From Dimorphilus gyrociliatus (taxonomy: Eukaryota; Animalia; Annelida), in the NCBI GenBank assembly GCA_904063045.1, contig CAJFCJ010000009.1:538942-602941 (forward strand): a stretch of 64,000 nucleotides of DNA. Direction: 5' to 3'. Positions within the stretch are counted from its first letter, which is position 1; every line of letters starts with the position of its first letter. The translations under genes and the position numbers were made by a program. This document shows, piece by piece, positions 36,736-50,139 of this stretch. Under the pieces are notes generated by a model, which saw nothing but the letters and a program-made list of their open reading frames with translations, was not told the origin of the DNA and ran no database searches.

Positions 36736-39700
36736 TTAACCTTTTATTAAAAAGATAATGCCCCGTATGCGAATGCATGGTTTGCGTATGTATTTTTCAA
36801 ACGGGAAATTTGGAAATTGGAGAATTTGTTGGTTTTTCTAACGCCTTTCTGCCGGGCTAATAAGCGTATAAACATTAAATGTATAGAGAGCAGCAGTCAG
36901 AAAAACAATTAAGGCGAGCTGTCAAATGCAGACTGCAGCTCTCTTATGCGCCACAGATTAATTGGCTTTTATTGTCCTAGGCGTAAATCCGCTACATCTG
37001 TCAACAGCAATTACTGATCGACCTATACAGCTCAGGGTCCAGTAAAGCTTTGTCACCTCAAACAATGAAGCACGTAACAAGCCACACCCCCTGACCACCT
37101 GCGTCGTAATAATGCTCATTTCGAAGCCGATTATGGAAAACAACGGCAACCGAGCAAGATGAAATCGGGCGCAAAATACTGGCGCGTATCAATTGCTCAT
37201 TAATCGTCCAGTTTTGCGATTATTTGACACCGGGACATCGCGCCGCCGTCCGGAAGTATAAGGTGCAGAAGATCGCATTGTCCTAGACGAGTTTGGCACG
37301 TCATGCTTGCTTGAGCGTCTCATCAGCCGTTTCTTTTTTGTCAGCCTTATGTTGATTATTTTTCTCTTTCCCCTTTTCATTATGATATGCATACAAATCT
37401 GGCGGATATGCAACATTGTTACGGAACGTTGTTAGACTACTCAGTGTGTGCTCTCGGCAATGGGCGTTCTACTACGAAGGTGCGAACGTAAATTTTCCTT
37501 CTTTATAAATGGTTTAATGAATACGCACCAACTGCTGTCAAGGCGTATACAATTATACAGTGTCACGTTTCCTAACTCAACAGAAGGTAGACGCGTTTCA
37601 GGCGCGAGTGTCGGTGACAAGATAGCCTATTATAAAGTGAAGCGTTAACGCCTCACTCGATTACGTAATCGTTTTGCATAAAAACCAGCCCACTCTTCGT
37701 TTAATATTCGTCAAGAGAGGAATACGTTTTATTTCTTTCCTTTTTTAAATTAACTATAAGAATGTGGAAATGAGGGTAAAAAAGGAATTCATCATAGAAT
37801 TCGAAACAATTTGTCACAATCCACAAGGGGTGTAGTTAGCTGTTTTATTTCGTCACCTCAAAAAGGATAAAAAAAAGGTTAAATAGGGTGGTTTTCCAAT
37901 ATGCAAGACGCCCCTATAAAAGTAGTTGAAAAGAAAAAAAAACGGGGAATCGGAGAGACTGAATGAGAGAAGAAAGAAAAGTAGAAAACAGAAGAAATTA
38001 AGCAAACTACATATTTGTATATATTAGTATTTATTGTATATACTGTATATTAGAATGCTATATATATATAGACTGCATATAATTTCTGTTCGCTCCTCTT
38101 CATTCTCTTTCCCACTCTTCGTGTAGTATGGGGAATTTAATTAAAAGAGGACCTATATATATATAATTTAGTGGCTTTCTCATCGAAAAAATCTCATAGT
38201 GTATGCGCCGTATCAAATATCGAATGGTGCTCAAGGGGCGCTGACACGAGGCGCTCGGTGCTCGAGACCCATTCACGCAGTGCTAAGTGAGTGTTCTGAA
38301 TGAAAGAAAGTGATTGCTTCTTCTATACTCATTTCTGACCATGCCCGCAAGATACACCAGTCGCTTGTTATTCTTACTTTTCATTTACGTTCATTTCCCG
38401 TGAATTTTATTGAATATTTATGCGGCACCGATTAATTCGTATAAAAATAAAAAACCTCTTTCATAGAGACCCCGCTCTTTATCCCATTTTCTACAGTTTT
38501 TCTTTAACTCTTACTGTTTTGTTCCCTTTCTCTCTATCACTCCTCTTAACCAGCCTCGAGGTATGTATACTCTATTTATTAATTTAAATCCTATATATAA
38601 ACTATGTTCCGTACTGTAAAGGTGGCCGTTTTTTATTTATGCATGACCGAAAATTGAGTGAATGCAATTAAACTTTTATTTGAATGGCGAAAAGGGAGAA
38701 GGGAGAGTAAATCATTTAAGAATATACTTAATATTATCATAATAAGTTACAACTTTACTTGTCAGCTTAGTGGAAAAGGATCTTTATTATTATTCGCCAA
38801 AGATGGCGTCATATATGCTAAACACGTTATGATAAATAACCATCATTTATTATCTTTATGCATGCACGAATACGCTAAGTTGTGTTTTATATATGAATAA
38901 AGAAATATTTTAAGTAGTTTTACATAAATATATATATTACTTTTAGTTACCCCTATCGACATAGTAAACTTAGCCATAAAACCTATTAGCCAAATTGCTT
39001 ACATAATTTACTAATCCGCTTTGAAAGGGATTATATCTTGAAAATAGGAGATTATTGTATAGTTCTTAAAAAGAAAAGACATAGGAATTATCACCTATTC
39101 AATAAAAGTGAAACCCGGGGCGTCAACCATAGTTTTTCTTTCCTTATAACACTCCCTTACAGCCCTTCGTTACGTTGTTACCTTTATCAACAACCGTTTC
39201 GAAAGTACAATTTAGTTTCAACTATAAATACCAGATGGCGTACAAAGCCCTAACCGTATCTCTTTCTAAACTCTCTCGCCTGATATTAATTGAATAGAAT
39301 GCAAAACAATTTTATTTCAACTGATATTCTGTATGAAAACTGGAACATAAATATTAAATTTCTATTTGCATATTGCTCAAAGTAAAAAAAAAAAACAAAA
39401 CAAGGGGCAAAAAACAAAAGCACCATGTACCAGTTTGTAATTCTTTTTTCCCGGTATTTATGCATAATAAGTAAATTTTCTAAATTGCAAATTCTTTTAT
39501 TAATCTATTAAAAAAATATTCCAATTATGCCAGTTGTATATTCTTTACTATCATCTTATCACCCACCATCATCGTAATAATAATAATCATCATCATCGTC
39601 ATCATCATCATCGTCAAAAATTTTCATTATAGCATTAACATCATCAACATTATCATCATCTGAGTACATTTGAGTATATCAAAAAAAGAAGAAAAAAAGC

Positions 39701-40024
39701 TACTCAATTAATGATTATAGCAATTTTGCTGACTAATTTGTTTTTTCCTTGTTTTTTTATAGTAATTTTGTATCTCTGAATGTTTAATCATAGTTTTTTT
39801 TAAATAAAACAGCACCAATCGTTCAAAATCGATAATTATAAAAAAAAGGAAACTAGAGAGAAAAGATACTACAAAAAAGCCAGATTGAAAGAAACAGATA
39901 GGGAAGAGAAGAAGAGAGAGAAAGTGGGGGGAGAGAGAAATATAACAAATCTTTATCCATTTTGATTTTCTAATCCCGTTTTCTTAATCTGCATACTCCT
40001 TCTACTCTTCTCCTACTTTTTTCT

Positions 40025-43000
40025 TTATTTATTTAACAATCCTTTCTTAGCTAATTTATTCTTCTATTAAAGAGAAAATTAATTAATTAATTAATTAATT
40101 AATCATAAAATATTACCAAGGGAGCAACATTCTTTGTAATATTTGTTTTATTCGCTTGCGTTTTTCGTCCATCTCTAATTTTTTTCTCAGCTAATTTTGC
40201 TCTAGATTTAGGAAGAAAAATAAAAGACTATATATATAAAGAAATAAAGAAACACCAATTGAAAACAATTACTTTTCCTTAATAATATTCATTGTAATTT
40301 TTTTCCAAGTATCCTTAATAACATTGGAAAAATTTTTCCATAATTCGAAGAATTTTTCGGGATTTTTTTCCATATCAGTTTGTCCAATAATGTAAAAATC
40401 CACGCATTTGTCAAACCTATTAATGTATATATATATATATTAAATTATATATATATATATATATATATATACTATTACATACATTTCATTTGTTTCTTTT
40501 AAATTTTTCATTTGCTTCTCAATATCTTTTGCAGCTGCATTGGAAAGGAAAATAATTATCTCTTTCTCTTCCCAACTAGTTTTTTTATCTAATTTTTTTT
40601 TCTTTTTTTTTTTAAGAGAGAACTACCAACCTTCCTTTGCGAAGGACAACATAACTGATTTAAAAGGTTCTAGAACATCTTCAGAAGAGACATTTAATAC
40701 TTTTTCAACTTGTTTATTAAATTCTATAATAGGAAAAAAGGTAATTAGAGTATAACTCTCGCATCTTTTTCCCTTTTACTTATTTATAATGAAAAGAAGC
40801 TTTGAGGAGATACTCACGATTCAGGGAATTTTTAATATTATTAATTTGTTTATCAACATCCTCGAATTTAACTAGTGACGCCTTTTCAATTTCAGAGGAA
40901 TCAGGTATAGGACAAATATCTCCTTCGGAGTAATTGTGGAATTTTAAATATGTTGCTACAATATATTGTATTAGGTTGGATCTTTGATCTTTTGTTTTAA
41001 CATCTGCTAATTTAGACAAGATTTCCAATCCGAAAGCATCTGCCTGACCTCTCGCCGTACCTAAATCGAATTGTTTATACGATTAATTCGTCATTGTCAA
41101 CGAATGAGTTTGGCAAGTAACACTACCTAACATAGACATAATTTAATTCGTTTACATCGTGTTCTCTTCTCACAGATAGAAAATATTGTCAATAAGAAAG
41201 AACGACATATAGGAAATTTCATTTCGTATTGTATAGACAGCATATATAAATCATTTTAAAATCAACAAACCTCCATTCATATAATTTCCGCAGGCCAGAA
41301 TCAAACTTATAATAAAATGAACTTTATCACTTTCAAGTAGTGTCTAAACAAATAAATAGAATTAAATTAGAAATTGAATATAGATAGGAAAATAGAGGAG
41401 ATATTTTTTCTCTCGGATTGAAAATAGAAAAGTAATTTACCTGGCAAATATGTTTTAAATTATTCAAATCAGACTCGACGTTGGAAACCATTTCAATAAA
41501 CGTTGATTGAAAGATGAGCGAATTAGTTCTCTCTTTGAAGCAAGCTATTTTTGAGATGTTATAAACAAATCTGTTTTAATAAAGGAATTTCTTTTCAATT
41601 ATATGATAATGTCCAGAGTATTTATATATTATATATATATATATATTCAATTACTGGTCTGGCTTATCCAATGCAATATCTGGTTTAGATTTCATATGAT
41701 GTTCTAATAACTCTAATTCTTCGTTTGTACCTTTCTAAAAAAAAAGAAAAATCATTAATTAGATCTTGAGCCTAATCCAAAAAAAAAGAAAAGAAAGAAA
41801 ATAGAGAGATGAAGTATAACCAACCATATCGTATATAGCTTTCAAATGCTCAAGGCTTAAAACTGAATTATCAAGATCGATAACAGCTGTCAAAAGTAAT
41901 ATGAATATGGAATAAATAAAAGCGTTAAAGCGTTACAAACCCTTCTCGACAATATCAATTGATATGCGTTGACTTGATATGAAAATTCCTACTTCTCTAG
42001 ATCGTTTCTCATCTAATAACTTGGCAATTTCCTTCTTTTCCTTCTTTACTTCCTTCTTTTCGATTGTCTTCTGTTGACGTTTTACTTCGATTTTCGAAAA
42101 TAAATTATCTAATTCATCATAATCAATTTTCGGTTCTTTTAAACTCGTCCATAGATTTTTCTTTTTATTTTCACTTAATTTTGAATTAAATTCATCGAAA
42201 ATCCATTTAATCGAATACCATATCGAAAATAAATATACTATACACTAGAACCAACCTATTTAAAACTGGAATTTGACACAGTTGAATTCGTTTCCAAAAC
42301 AAAGGTTTCATTTTGGATTTCGGTGTTATTCGATCTCTTACTAGAGAAAAAAAAGATAATTGTTGCTTATTTACTCTTTTTTGTACGTTTTATATGATTT
42401 ACCTTTGACTGACGGAATGGATGGAGCGACGGGCATTGCAAATCCTGGTACTGGTGGAGCTGTTGAGTAAATAAAGGATGAAGAAAAAAGAATTAAGGAA
42501 GAGGGCAAATGCTAATGCCGTATTAACCTGGAGGCGGACCTGGTATTCCAGTTCCCGGGCAACCTGGTATTGGTGGAGCTGTAGACGATTTAAAAGCGTG
42601 AAGATATTATCTGTGACATTATTAGCTATTTTCTAAATTAACCTGGAGGTGGACAAGGTACAGATCCAGGAAGTGGAGGAGCTGGTTTTTTAATTGTTAA
42701 AAAAGGAAACTGTGAATAGACCTTAGGTATATATTTAAGTATACCTGGTGGCGGAGGAGGTGCCTGAGGCACAGATGAATTAGGAAAGGAAGCTGTAAAT
42801 GGATGTTAAAGATGACATTCTGTTTACAAAGAGCAGAAAATTATTCTTTGGTACTTACCAAGTGGGGGAGGAATGGGCGGGGCCGATGGAATCCCGCCGC
42901 TTGCTAACGGTGGACCTAAAAAAAAATTAATATATTTAATCAGGCAAACAACATACGTTTAGACACACTACCTGGTAATGGTGGTGCAGGAGGAATAGAA

Positions 43001-45427
43001 GCCCCGGGTAGAGGGGGGGCAGGAGGAATAGGAGCCCCGGGTAACGGGGGGGCAGGAGGAATAGGAGCCCCGGGTAACGGGGGGGCAGGAGGAATAGGAG
43101 CACCAGGTAATGGAGGGGCTAATGGTATTTGAGCTGCAGATAAGGGCGGAGGAGGTGGAATAGACATTCCAGACAGTGGAGGAGCTGCAGGTACATTGGA
43201 TGTAGGTGGTATGGGAGGAGGACAAGGGATACTATAAAATTGGGGAGGTGGCGGGGGAGCTGTTTGTAACAATTAATCTACATTGCATATTTAATTGGTG
43301 ACATTGATTGAACTTACGAGGTGGGGCTGGAATTGAGGACGGTTTTGGAGCTGCAGTATTTTTGGCTAGAGAGGCATTCGGTGCACAAGATAATTTAGCA
43401 TCGTAAATCCTTTCTTCCGTATTTGTACTTTTACTATAAAATTGGGGTAAATCCGCTTGCGTGAACATGTTTTTCGTAATCGGCTTAGTTTGTATGGAAG
43501 CATTTCCATTTGTCTTCACTGGAGTTTGCGTGCTAAAATTTGAACAGTTCTTTTTCATTCGTTCTTTTTCTAGTTTCTTTAATTTGGCTTCATATTCTCT
43601 CAATCGTGCAGAATACTGGCGTCGAATTAAATTGATGTGATGATCATGTGACTCCTTCAATCTGGTAACTTCGTCTTTTAACTCTCTTCTTATGTTGGAT
43701 ATAACGTAGCTTTGCTCTGAAATAGTTAGACTTGAAGAATGATGTATTATTAAAAATGAATATGAGAAATAAGACAAATCATAAAAATAATATTGGGAAA
43801 TGAATCATCGAGAAAAATTTCCTTCATTTCCTATGAATCATAAAATACGGAAAGAAATTACTCTACCTGATCGGGGTGAATGTGGACTAAGTTTTTCGAC
43901 TGATCGATCTTTCTGTTCCGAATTATTGATATTCTCCTGAGACCAGACAGAAGACGTTACTCGGCTCGGAATTACTTCTAAATGCTGCAACATTTTCTCT
44001 GAATGGGCCCAGTAATACATTCTGTCCGGTTTAAAAATCCCATTAAGCAGAACTTCATCGTCCTGCATAACTGGTTTTAGAACACCAATTGCTAATAAAT
44101 TTGTGCAGAACTGTAAAGCAAAATATTTTGCTTGAACGCTGTTTATTTCTAACTCGATAGATTCATCTTCAAAACTAGATTTTAACCAATTAACTAACAT
44201 AAAACCTATTGGTTGAAATAGAAAAGTAAACAATTATTTAATACTTTTGTTAATAATTGATCAATAATAATAAATTAAATTACCTTCGAATTTTTCTAAA
44301 TCCGTAAAATTTAATTTAGGTGGAATTTCATAGGGTTTTGAAATATGATGATCCGCACTTATACTACACGATCTTAACCATTTTTCCTCTTTTGTTAATT
44401 TAATTCCATCCTTCTCAAATTCATCAAGAGTAACATCGTTTGGTTGTATATTCTTTGAATCACCCTCGCTAAGATATCTACGCTTGTGCTTAAAAGTTGC
44501 ATCAAGTAATGAGGAAGCACTACTAATACTATTGGGAGGTGTTGATTTTCGTTTGCTTAAATCGCTTAAGGACTTAAAATGATCCCTTTTCGTTTTACGA
44601 ACGTATCTAGCTGGAGAAATTCGCCTGCAGCTATGTTCCATATTTTCGTCACTTATTGATTTATGCCTGGATAAGTTGGTTGGAAATTCTTTTCCTGGTG
44701 GTAATTTTGTAGTAATTGGACTGAACACTTCGTCAAACAAGCCATCGTTCAATTCTTCGTCGTGAAAAAGCTTTTCTATATGCATAACGGATTCCTGAGA
44801 AGAGTTCCTCCTCTCCTGTTCTTCACTTAAATGATCTATTATTTGCTTAATTTGATCAAGAGCGTCATTCGATTTCAAATCGGCCATTTGCTCATTGACT
44901 CTATTCGCTGCCGATGGTGATTGCTTATCGATTATTGCGCCCCGGAAATCATCGTTACGGGTTTCATTTACATATGGGTCGGCTGTTGATGCTAAATACT
45001 GCGAACTTTCTTTAGAAACAAGATAATCGGAAGACTGACTAGAAAGTGAATACCCTTCTTCAAACTTGTTATCACTCTCACTAATGACCGACGAGTAAGA
45101 TGACCGTTCGCTTTTCGTCGTTAAAAAATCTAATTTATCAACTGTACGGCATTTGGCAGCTCGCTGAGTGGTGTTCATTAGCGGATCATCGTCACTTTTA
45201 TCGATATTCGATAAACTACACCTACGCAGTCTATTGACATTAGGAGTATCAGGCAAGGGAATTCGACTTTCCGAGGGAGACAGAGATCGTCCTCGATTTT
45301 TAGTTGTTCTATGGCGGTGTAGTAGTTTATCTATTCGCCGCCTTGATTTACTCTTTCCCAATTCTCTTCGATCGCAAGCTGGTGTTCTCATCGAACTTGG
45401 AAACTGGCCTGATTCTTGATTTCCCAT
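40025..45427 (-). CDS. FMN2: Formin of the FMN/Cappuccino subfamily (N-terminal region, FH1, FH2, basic tail; many short exons)
   Basis: Starts MGNQESG, similar to FMN2 MGNQDG. Poly-proline FH1 at about 42450-43260. FH2 motifs [11 protein letters not shown]|[30 protein letters not shown] and [18 protein letters not shown]. Basic last exon [12 protein letters not shown] with the stop at 40025-40027. FMN1 versus FMN2 orthology does not apply to an invertebrate gene. Confidence 0.88.
42988..43119 (-). repeat. 33-bp coding tandem repeat (4 units) in the formin FH1 domain
   Basis: Plus-strand units of AGGAGGAATAGGAGCCCCGGGTAACGGGGGGGC start at 42988, 43021, 43054 and 43087 and encode (A)[10 protein letters not shown]. 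Confidence 0.9.
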
Positions 45428-46017
45428 GATTACCTAATCGGAAGTAGAATGAAAAAAAAAGCCAATAATATATCAATATGATATTTACTTTGCATTCTCA
45501 TAAAGTTTGAGTGAAAAGTGTTTTCCTAACTGCTCTTATTGAAATAGGATTTTGTTACTAATGTTTACACCCTTCAGCACTTTTAGATAAGCATATACTC
45601 ACCAAATACAAACAACAAAGAATTTAAAATCCTACCAACAGAGACATTATTCTTTTTTATATAGACCTATGCAGTATTGTACAGTGAGAGAAACATTGCA
45701 CAAATGAAGAGTGTTAAATATAACTGTTTCTAAATTACTTACGAATACGACCTCTCTCCAGTATTTATCTTACTCCTTTTAATTTTTAAATAACCATTTA
45801 TTACAACATGTAATTTAACGAAATCGCCGTAGTACTACATTTTATCGCAATCCAATTCGACTGTGGAGTCAAAACAAAATATACAATTAGTCTGGTATCC
45901 AGCTCCAGGTATAAAACACTAATGCCATCTCTTGTATAATTGTTAAATGATTACGTACCCCTACCAAATATACCAGGAGAACACATGTACTTCCGGGACA
46001 GACGATATTTTTAAAAT

Positions 46018-47972
46018 ATGTTATTTGTTCATTTTCTCTCGACTTTTTTAATATTATGTTTATCTTCGTCTTATGCAAAGGAAAAGTCGTACTCTCTTGA
46101 ACTCAATGAATATACATGGAGAGAAATTTTAACTGGTCATTGGATGGTTAAATTGTTTGTACCTTCTTCTTCGAGGAATTCCGTATATTCGCGTTTATCT
46201 AAATCATATTATTACTTCTACTTAGCTTTTGTCTCATCCGATTACTATTGAGACTTTGACTTGTCAGATTGAATTGGAATTTGTTAACTGAAAGGTTTTT
46301 CGATACAAAGTTATCATAGATAGGTGTATTCATTTCCCAATTTTTTATACAGCTGATGAAACAAATGAAGTAAACATTTATTGGGTTTATAAAACAGTAA
46401 TTGTATATTTATAATATTCAAACACATGTTTAACTGAATAGTATACATTCACGGATCAAATTGCTTTTTAATTGCTTTCATTCACAAAGAGTTATCATAC
46501 TTTAAGGAAAATATTTGTTGACGTAAGAGCATCCATTCAAAAATAACAAAATAAAGTAAAAGTGATGTTAAGTAGTCAAAGGCGATTTAACGCATTAAAG
46601 GGTTATTAATGAGGAGAAAGTAGGTAGAGGGGTGATTAAATTGTATTAAAAGTCTTTTATGATTTATGCTATGTAACATGAGGGATCTGAAATATATTTT
46701 ATTATCAAGGATACCATAATCTTCCACTAAAACAAATAGAAAGCGTCTAAAGTACCTTTAATGCTATTTTAAGTCATTTTTATAATTGCTATAATGTCCA
46801 TTCATTTCCATAGTTATGCTCCCTGGTGTCCAGCTTGCAAGAATAATGAAGAAGAGTGGAATAAATTTGCTGAATGGAGCAAAGATTTGGATGTTAAAGT
46901 CGCCCAAATTGATGTTAATGAGCATGCTGGTAAGCGTCTCAAATTTTCAATATATATATCACTTTGTTTTTTAATACATCGTAGATACAAATATATTTGA
47001 TATTTATTCCTATTTTACTATTATAGGATTAAGTGGCCGTTTTCTAATTACAAGACTTCCATCATTTTATCAGTAAGATTACTCATGTTCTCTAATTTCA
47101 GTCTATAATTTATTTGAAACTTGATACGAATAATTGATTATTTTTTTTTTTTTTGTTTTTTTTTTTTTACAATATCTAAACAACATTTAGTGTGAAAGAC
47201 GGCATCTTTCGATACTATCGTGGGGAGTCGCAGTCAGAGGATCTTATTGATTTTATAGACGAAAAAAAATACAATGATATAGAGCCAATGCCATGGTATC
47301 AAGATCCTAAAAGCGTTCAGTATGTAATAATTATTATTTAGAATATTTTATGTTTAATTAACGATCTATTTTATATTTCAAATAGTATGTCTGTCATATC
47401 TTCATTTTTTGAATTTTCTATGTTCATACGGGTAAGCTTGCAAAAATGATACGCTTTCCTATTTACATTTTATTATATTAATCGTTTACTTTTCCTAAGT
47501 GTATATACCTTCTTCCTTTTTTTATTTTACCAGTCTATACACGAAGAAATAACCACACGATATGGTATACCCGAATGGGGTTCTTTCGTTATATTTGCCG
47601 TGGCAACTATTCTAATTGGAATTATTGCTGGCATAGTATGAATTTTCTTTATTGTTTAAATTATGAAAGAGTTAATTATTATTTTTTTTTTGTCTTTCTT
47701 CTTCATAGGTACTCGTTATTATGTGTGATCATTTACCATTTTCTAATAGACCTTATGTAGACAAATCTGAAGTCAAGAGTACAACCCTTGAGACAGATCC
47801 GAAGCATGATCAAGTACGTTTGCTTAGTCGTTAAATAGTTCAATTATTAAATAAAGTCTTTAAATTTTTTATTAACTTTCAGGAAGAGGAATCGGATGTT
47901 ATTTTAGATGATACACAAGATAATAGCGAAGATAGACCTCGTCGAAGACGACCAAAAGCAACTACCGACTAA
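46018..47972 (+). CDS. TMX1: Thioredoxin-related transmembrane protein 1 (ER oxidoreductase), multi-exon
   Basis: Signal peptide, WMVKF|YAPWCPAC active site, LSGRFLITRLP, VKDGIFRYYRG, a TM helix WGSFVIFAVATILIGIIAG, and an acidic then basic tail ending RPRRRRPKATTD*. Confidence 0.93.
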
Positions 47973-48350
47973 AACATAAAACTGCTGGCATAACTACTAT
48001 TTTTAGTTGAGTATATCAACGTCAAGTTCATCTTATTAATTTATTTCCAATATTCGAGTCAAAAATATACTGTTATTAGACTTTTGTTCAGCTTGAAAAC
48101 AAAAAATAATCTGTATTTTAACAATATTTGCTCATTAATTTATGCATTTTTTTTCCTAAATGCTAAAATAAAACCTTTTTCATTGTGATTTAAAAAAAAT
48201 TTACAGTAACAATTTTCCTAAAAGATATGAAAAGATTAGCAAGTTTTTTTGAGCTTTAGTAATAAGATAGGAATATCAATAGCATCTAAAGTTTGTTATA
48301 ATACCAGTTCACCTGTATTCTGTAACTCTTTCTATAAATAGGGTATTAAA

Positions 48351-49760
48351 CTAGCTATCAATAAACTGAAGCTGCTGTAGGACGTGCTTAACGGAATGGG
48401 CAATCAACTGCTTATATTTGACTATTGTTAAATCTTTCTCAAAACCTGTTCTTAGCATATCGGAACAGGTTGCTGCATCAAATTTTTTGGTGCAGTTCCC
48501 CCTATAATGATGGGTGTATCCATAATTTTTCCAAGGTACTAGATTATTCTTAATGATGGGTTTCACTACACAATGCCATTGAATTAACTCTGCAAGATGA
48601 GAAGAAACAATCGACTTTGGTTGATTGTCTATTGGGCTACCAGATTTAGCGTATTTCTGAAAGTACAAGTAATTAGGTACATCATCATTTACAGGACCCA
48701 TATCTTCGAAGTGCCATGACGTCGGAAAGAGAAATCCAGGATTTTTCTTATCCTCATGTGCCAATCTTTTGACTACATCAACAATTGATAAACCTTCTGT
48801 TGGTAGTATCATTTCATCAAGATCAATTATCATGAAGAATTTATACTGTTTGTAATGCCTATACAAACAATCATTTAATGATAAAATGTAAAGATGCTGC
48901 ATTAAAGAGTAGTTTTCAACATTATCCGGATTGTATGAAAACTCTGATATCCTCATTAGAGCATTTGTAAATGGAAAGTATGTGACTTCAATGTCTTTTT
49001 GATAATAATCAAAAACATACCTAGATGAAACGTGTAAGCCACTGTCGTAGATGAAAAATTTCTCAACCCCCACCGCTTTAAGAGTTTCAATCCATTCAAC
49101 TAATCTCTCAGGGGGGAATTCGCCGTGTAAGCATTTTATACAAACTGCCAAGTCTTTTTGACCTTCAGCAGGGTCAGGCTTTTCAGCTTTCTCAATGGGC
49201 ATCTGAACTACATAAACTTCGCTCGTTTCTGTGACCATTTCAAGTTGAACCTTGTCAACTTCTTGAGTTATATTACATTCAACTTCAACTGAATATGCTA
49301 AGCCCCACGCTGGCCAAGTTTCAATCACGAATCTCTTCCCCTGAACTCGGCTCTCTTCTTGACCTACTTCAAGAATACAATAATAGTTAACCTCTAAGTA
49401 AAGTGAATCCTTTCTTTGAATTCCGAAAATTCTTAGCCTTCTAAAATTTTCACGATCATCAAAAAAGGCTGCATGAAAATAAAGATTTAAAGGTTTAACG
49501 ACATGCATAACTCTTCTATCCGAAGTTCCCATAATTAACTTAGTTATTAAATTTTGATTTAGAAGAGATGTTGTCGATAATATATTATTGAAGGTAGATA
49601 TTCCTACAATAACACCAGTAACTGTTAGTGTTGTTAAAAACGCTATCAACTTCAATCGTTTCATCATCAATTTCACAAATAATCCTAGAATTTTCCTCTT
49701 ACGATCAAATTTAGTACACTGCATGATCTTAAAGCTTAAACTCAAAAGATGTTGATTCAA
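48351..49760 (-). CDS. Second GT92 glycosyltransferase (paralog of 16456..17793), single exon; real start probably a downstream Met
   Basis: 469-aa ORF with a TM anchor, LAVCIK, EWIETLKAVGVEKFFIYD, NDCLYRHYKQYK, IIDLDEMILP, WHFEDMG, DNQPKSI and AELIQWH, all shared with the first copy. Confidence 0.85.
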   Translation of the reverse strand: MNQHLLSLSFKIMQCTKFDRKRKILGLFVKLMMKRLKLIAFLTTLTVTGVIVGISTFNNILSTTSLLNQNLITKLIMGTSDRRVMHVVKPLNLYFHAAFFDDRENFRRLRIFGIQRKDSLYLEVNYYCILEVGQEESRVQGKRFVIETWPAWGLAYSVEVECNITQEVDKVQLEMVTETSEVYVVQMPIEKAEKPDPAEGQKDLAVCIKCLHGEFPPERLVEWIETLKAVGVEKFFIYDSGLHVSSRYVFDYYQKDIEVTYFPFTNALMRISEFSYNPDNVENYSLMQHLYILSLNDCLYRHYKQYKFFMIIDLDEMILPTEGLSIVDVVKRLAHEDKKNPGFLFPTSWHFEDMGPVNDDVPNYLYFQKYAKSGSPIDNQPKSIVSSHLAELIQWHCVVKPIIKNNLVPWKNYGYTHHYRGNCTKKFDAATCSDMLRTGFEKDLTIVKYKQLIAHSVKHVLQQLQFIDS

Positions 49761-50139
49761 AAATATACGTATATTTACCCTTTTATACTATCGCATTCAA
49801 TAAAATGACTAACAGTTCGCTTCGTGTCTTGTCTTGCTGGTTCAGAAGAATGACTATAGTCTGAGAAAGTGGCCTATTTCCACGTTTCCCCTCTTCCTGA
49901 CCTCTTTCTCTGTTATGACTTCATTCTTAATGTTATTTTTACGTTTTTTTTATTATGTTATATTTCTAAATGGATTTAGTCTTAGTGCTTTCTTATTTTT
50001 ATTAAATAGGCCATAAATCATGATTTTTTTTGGCATATTTGTAATACAATTTATTCATGTGTTACCAGTTTTTATCACAGTTATTGTGCAGAATAAAAGG
50101 AGAAGGGATATTTTTCTTTAAGTTATATTATAGCCTTTT

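Noticed and set aside
37189-37648. ORFs 37189..37416 (-) and 37448..37648 (+) upstream of Dbx
   Set aside because: No recognisable domain, signal or splice partners. They are more simply explained as GC-richer regulatory DNA.
40078-40102. (TTAA)n tandem run resembling piggyBac target sites
   Set aside because: A simple microsatellite inside a 53-bp formin intron, with no terminal inverted repeats or transposase.
42988-43119. Regular GC-rich direct repeats that superficially resemble a CRISPR array
   Set aside because: There are no unique spacers. The 33-bp units are contiguous and encode the formin FH1 poly-proline tract in a eukaryotic gene.
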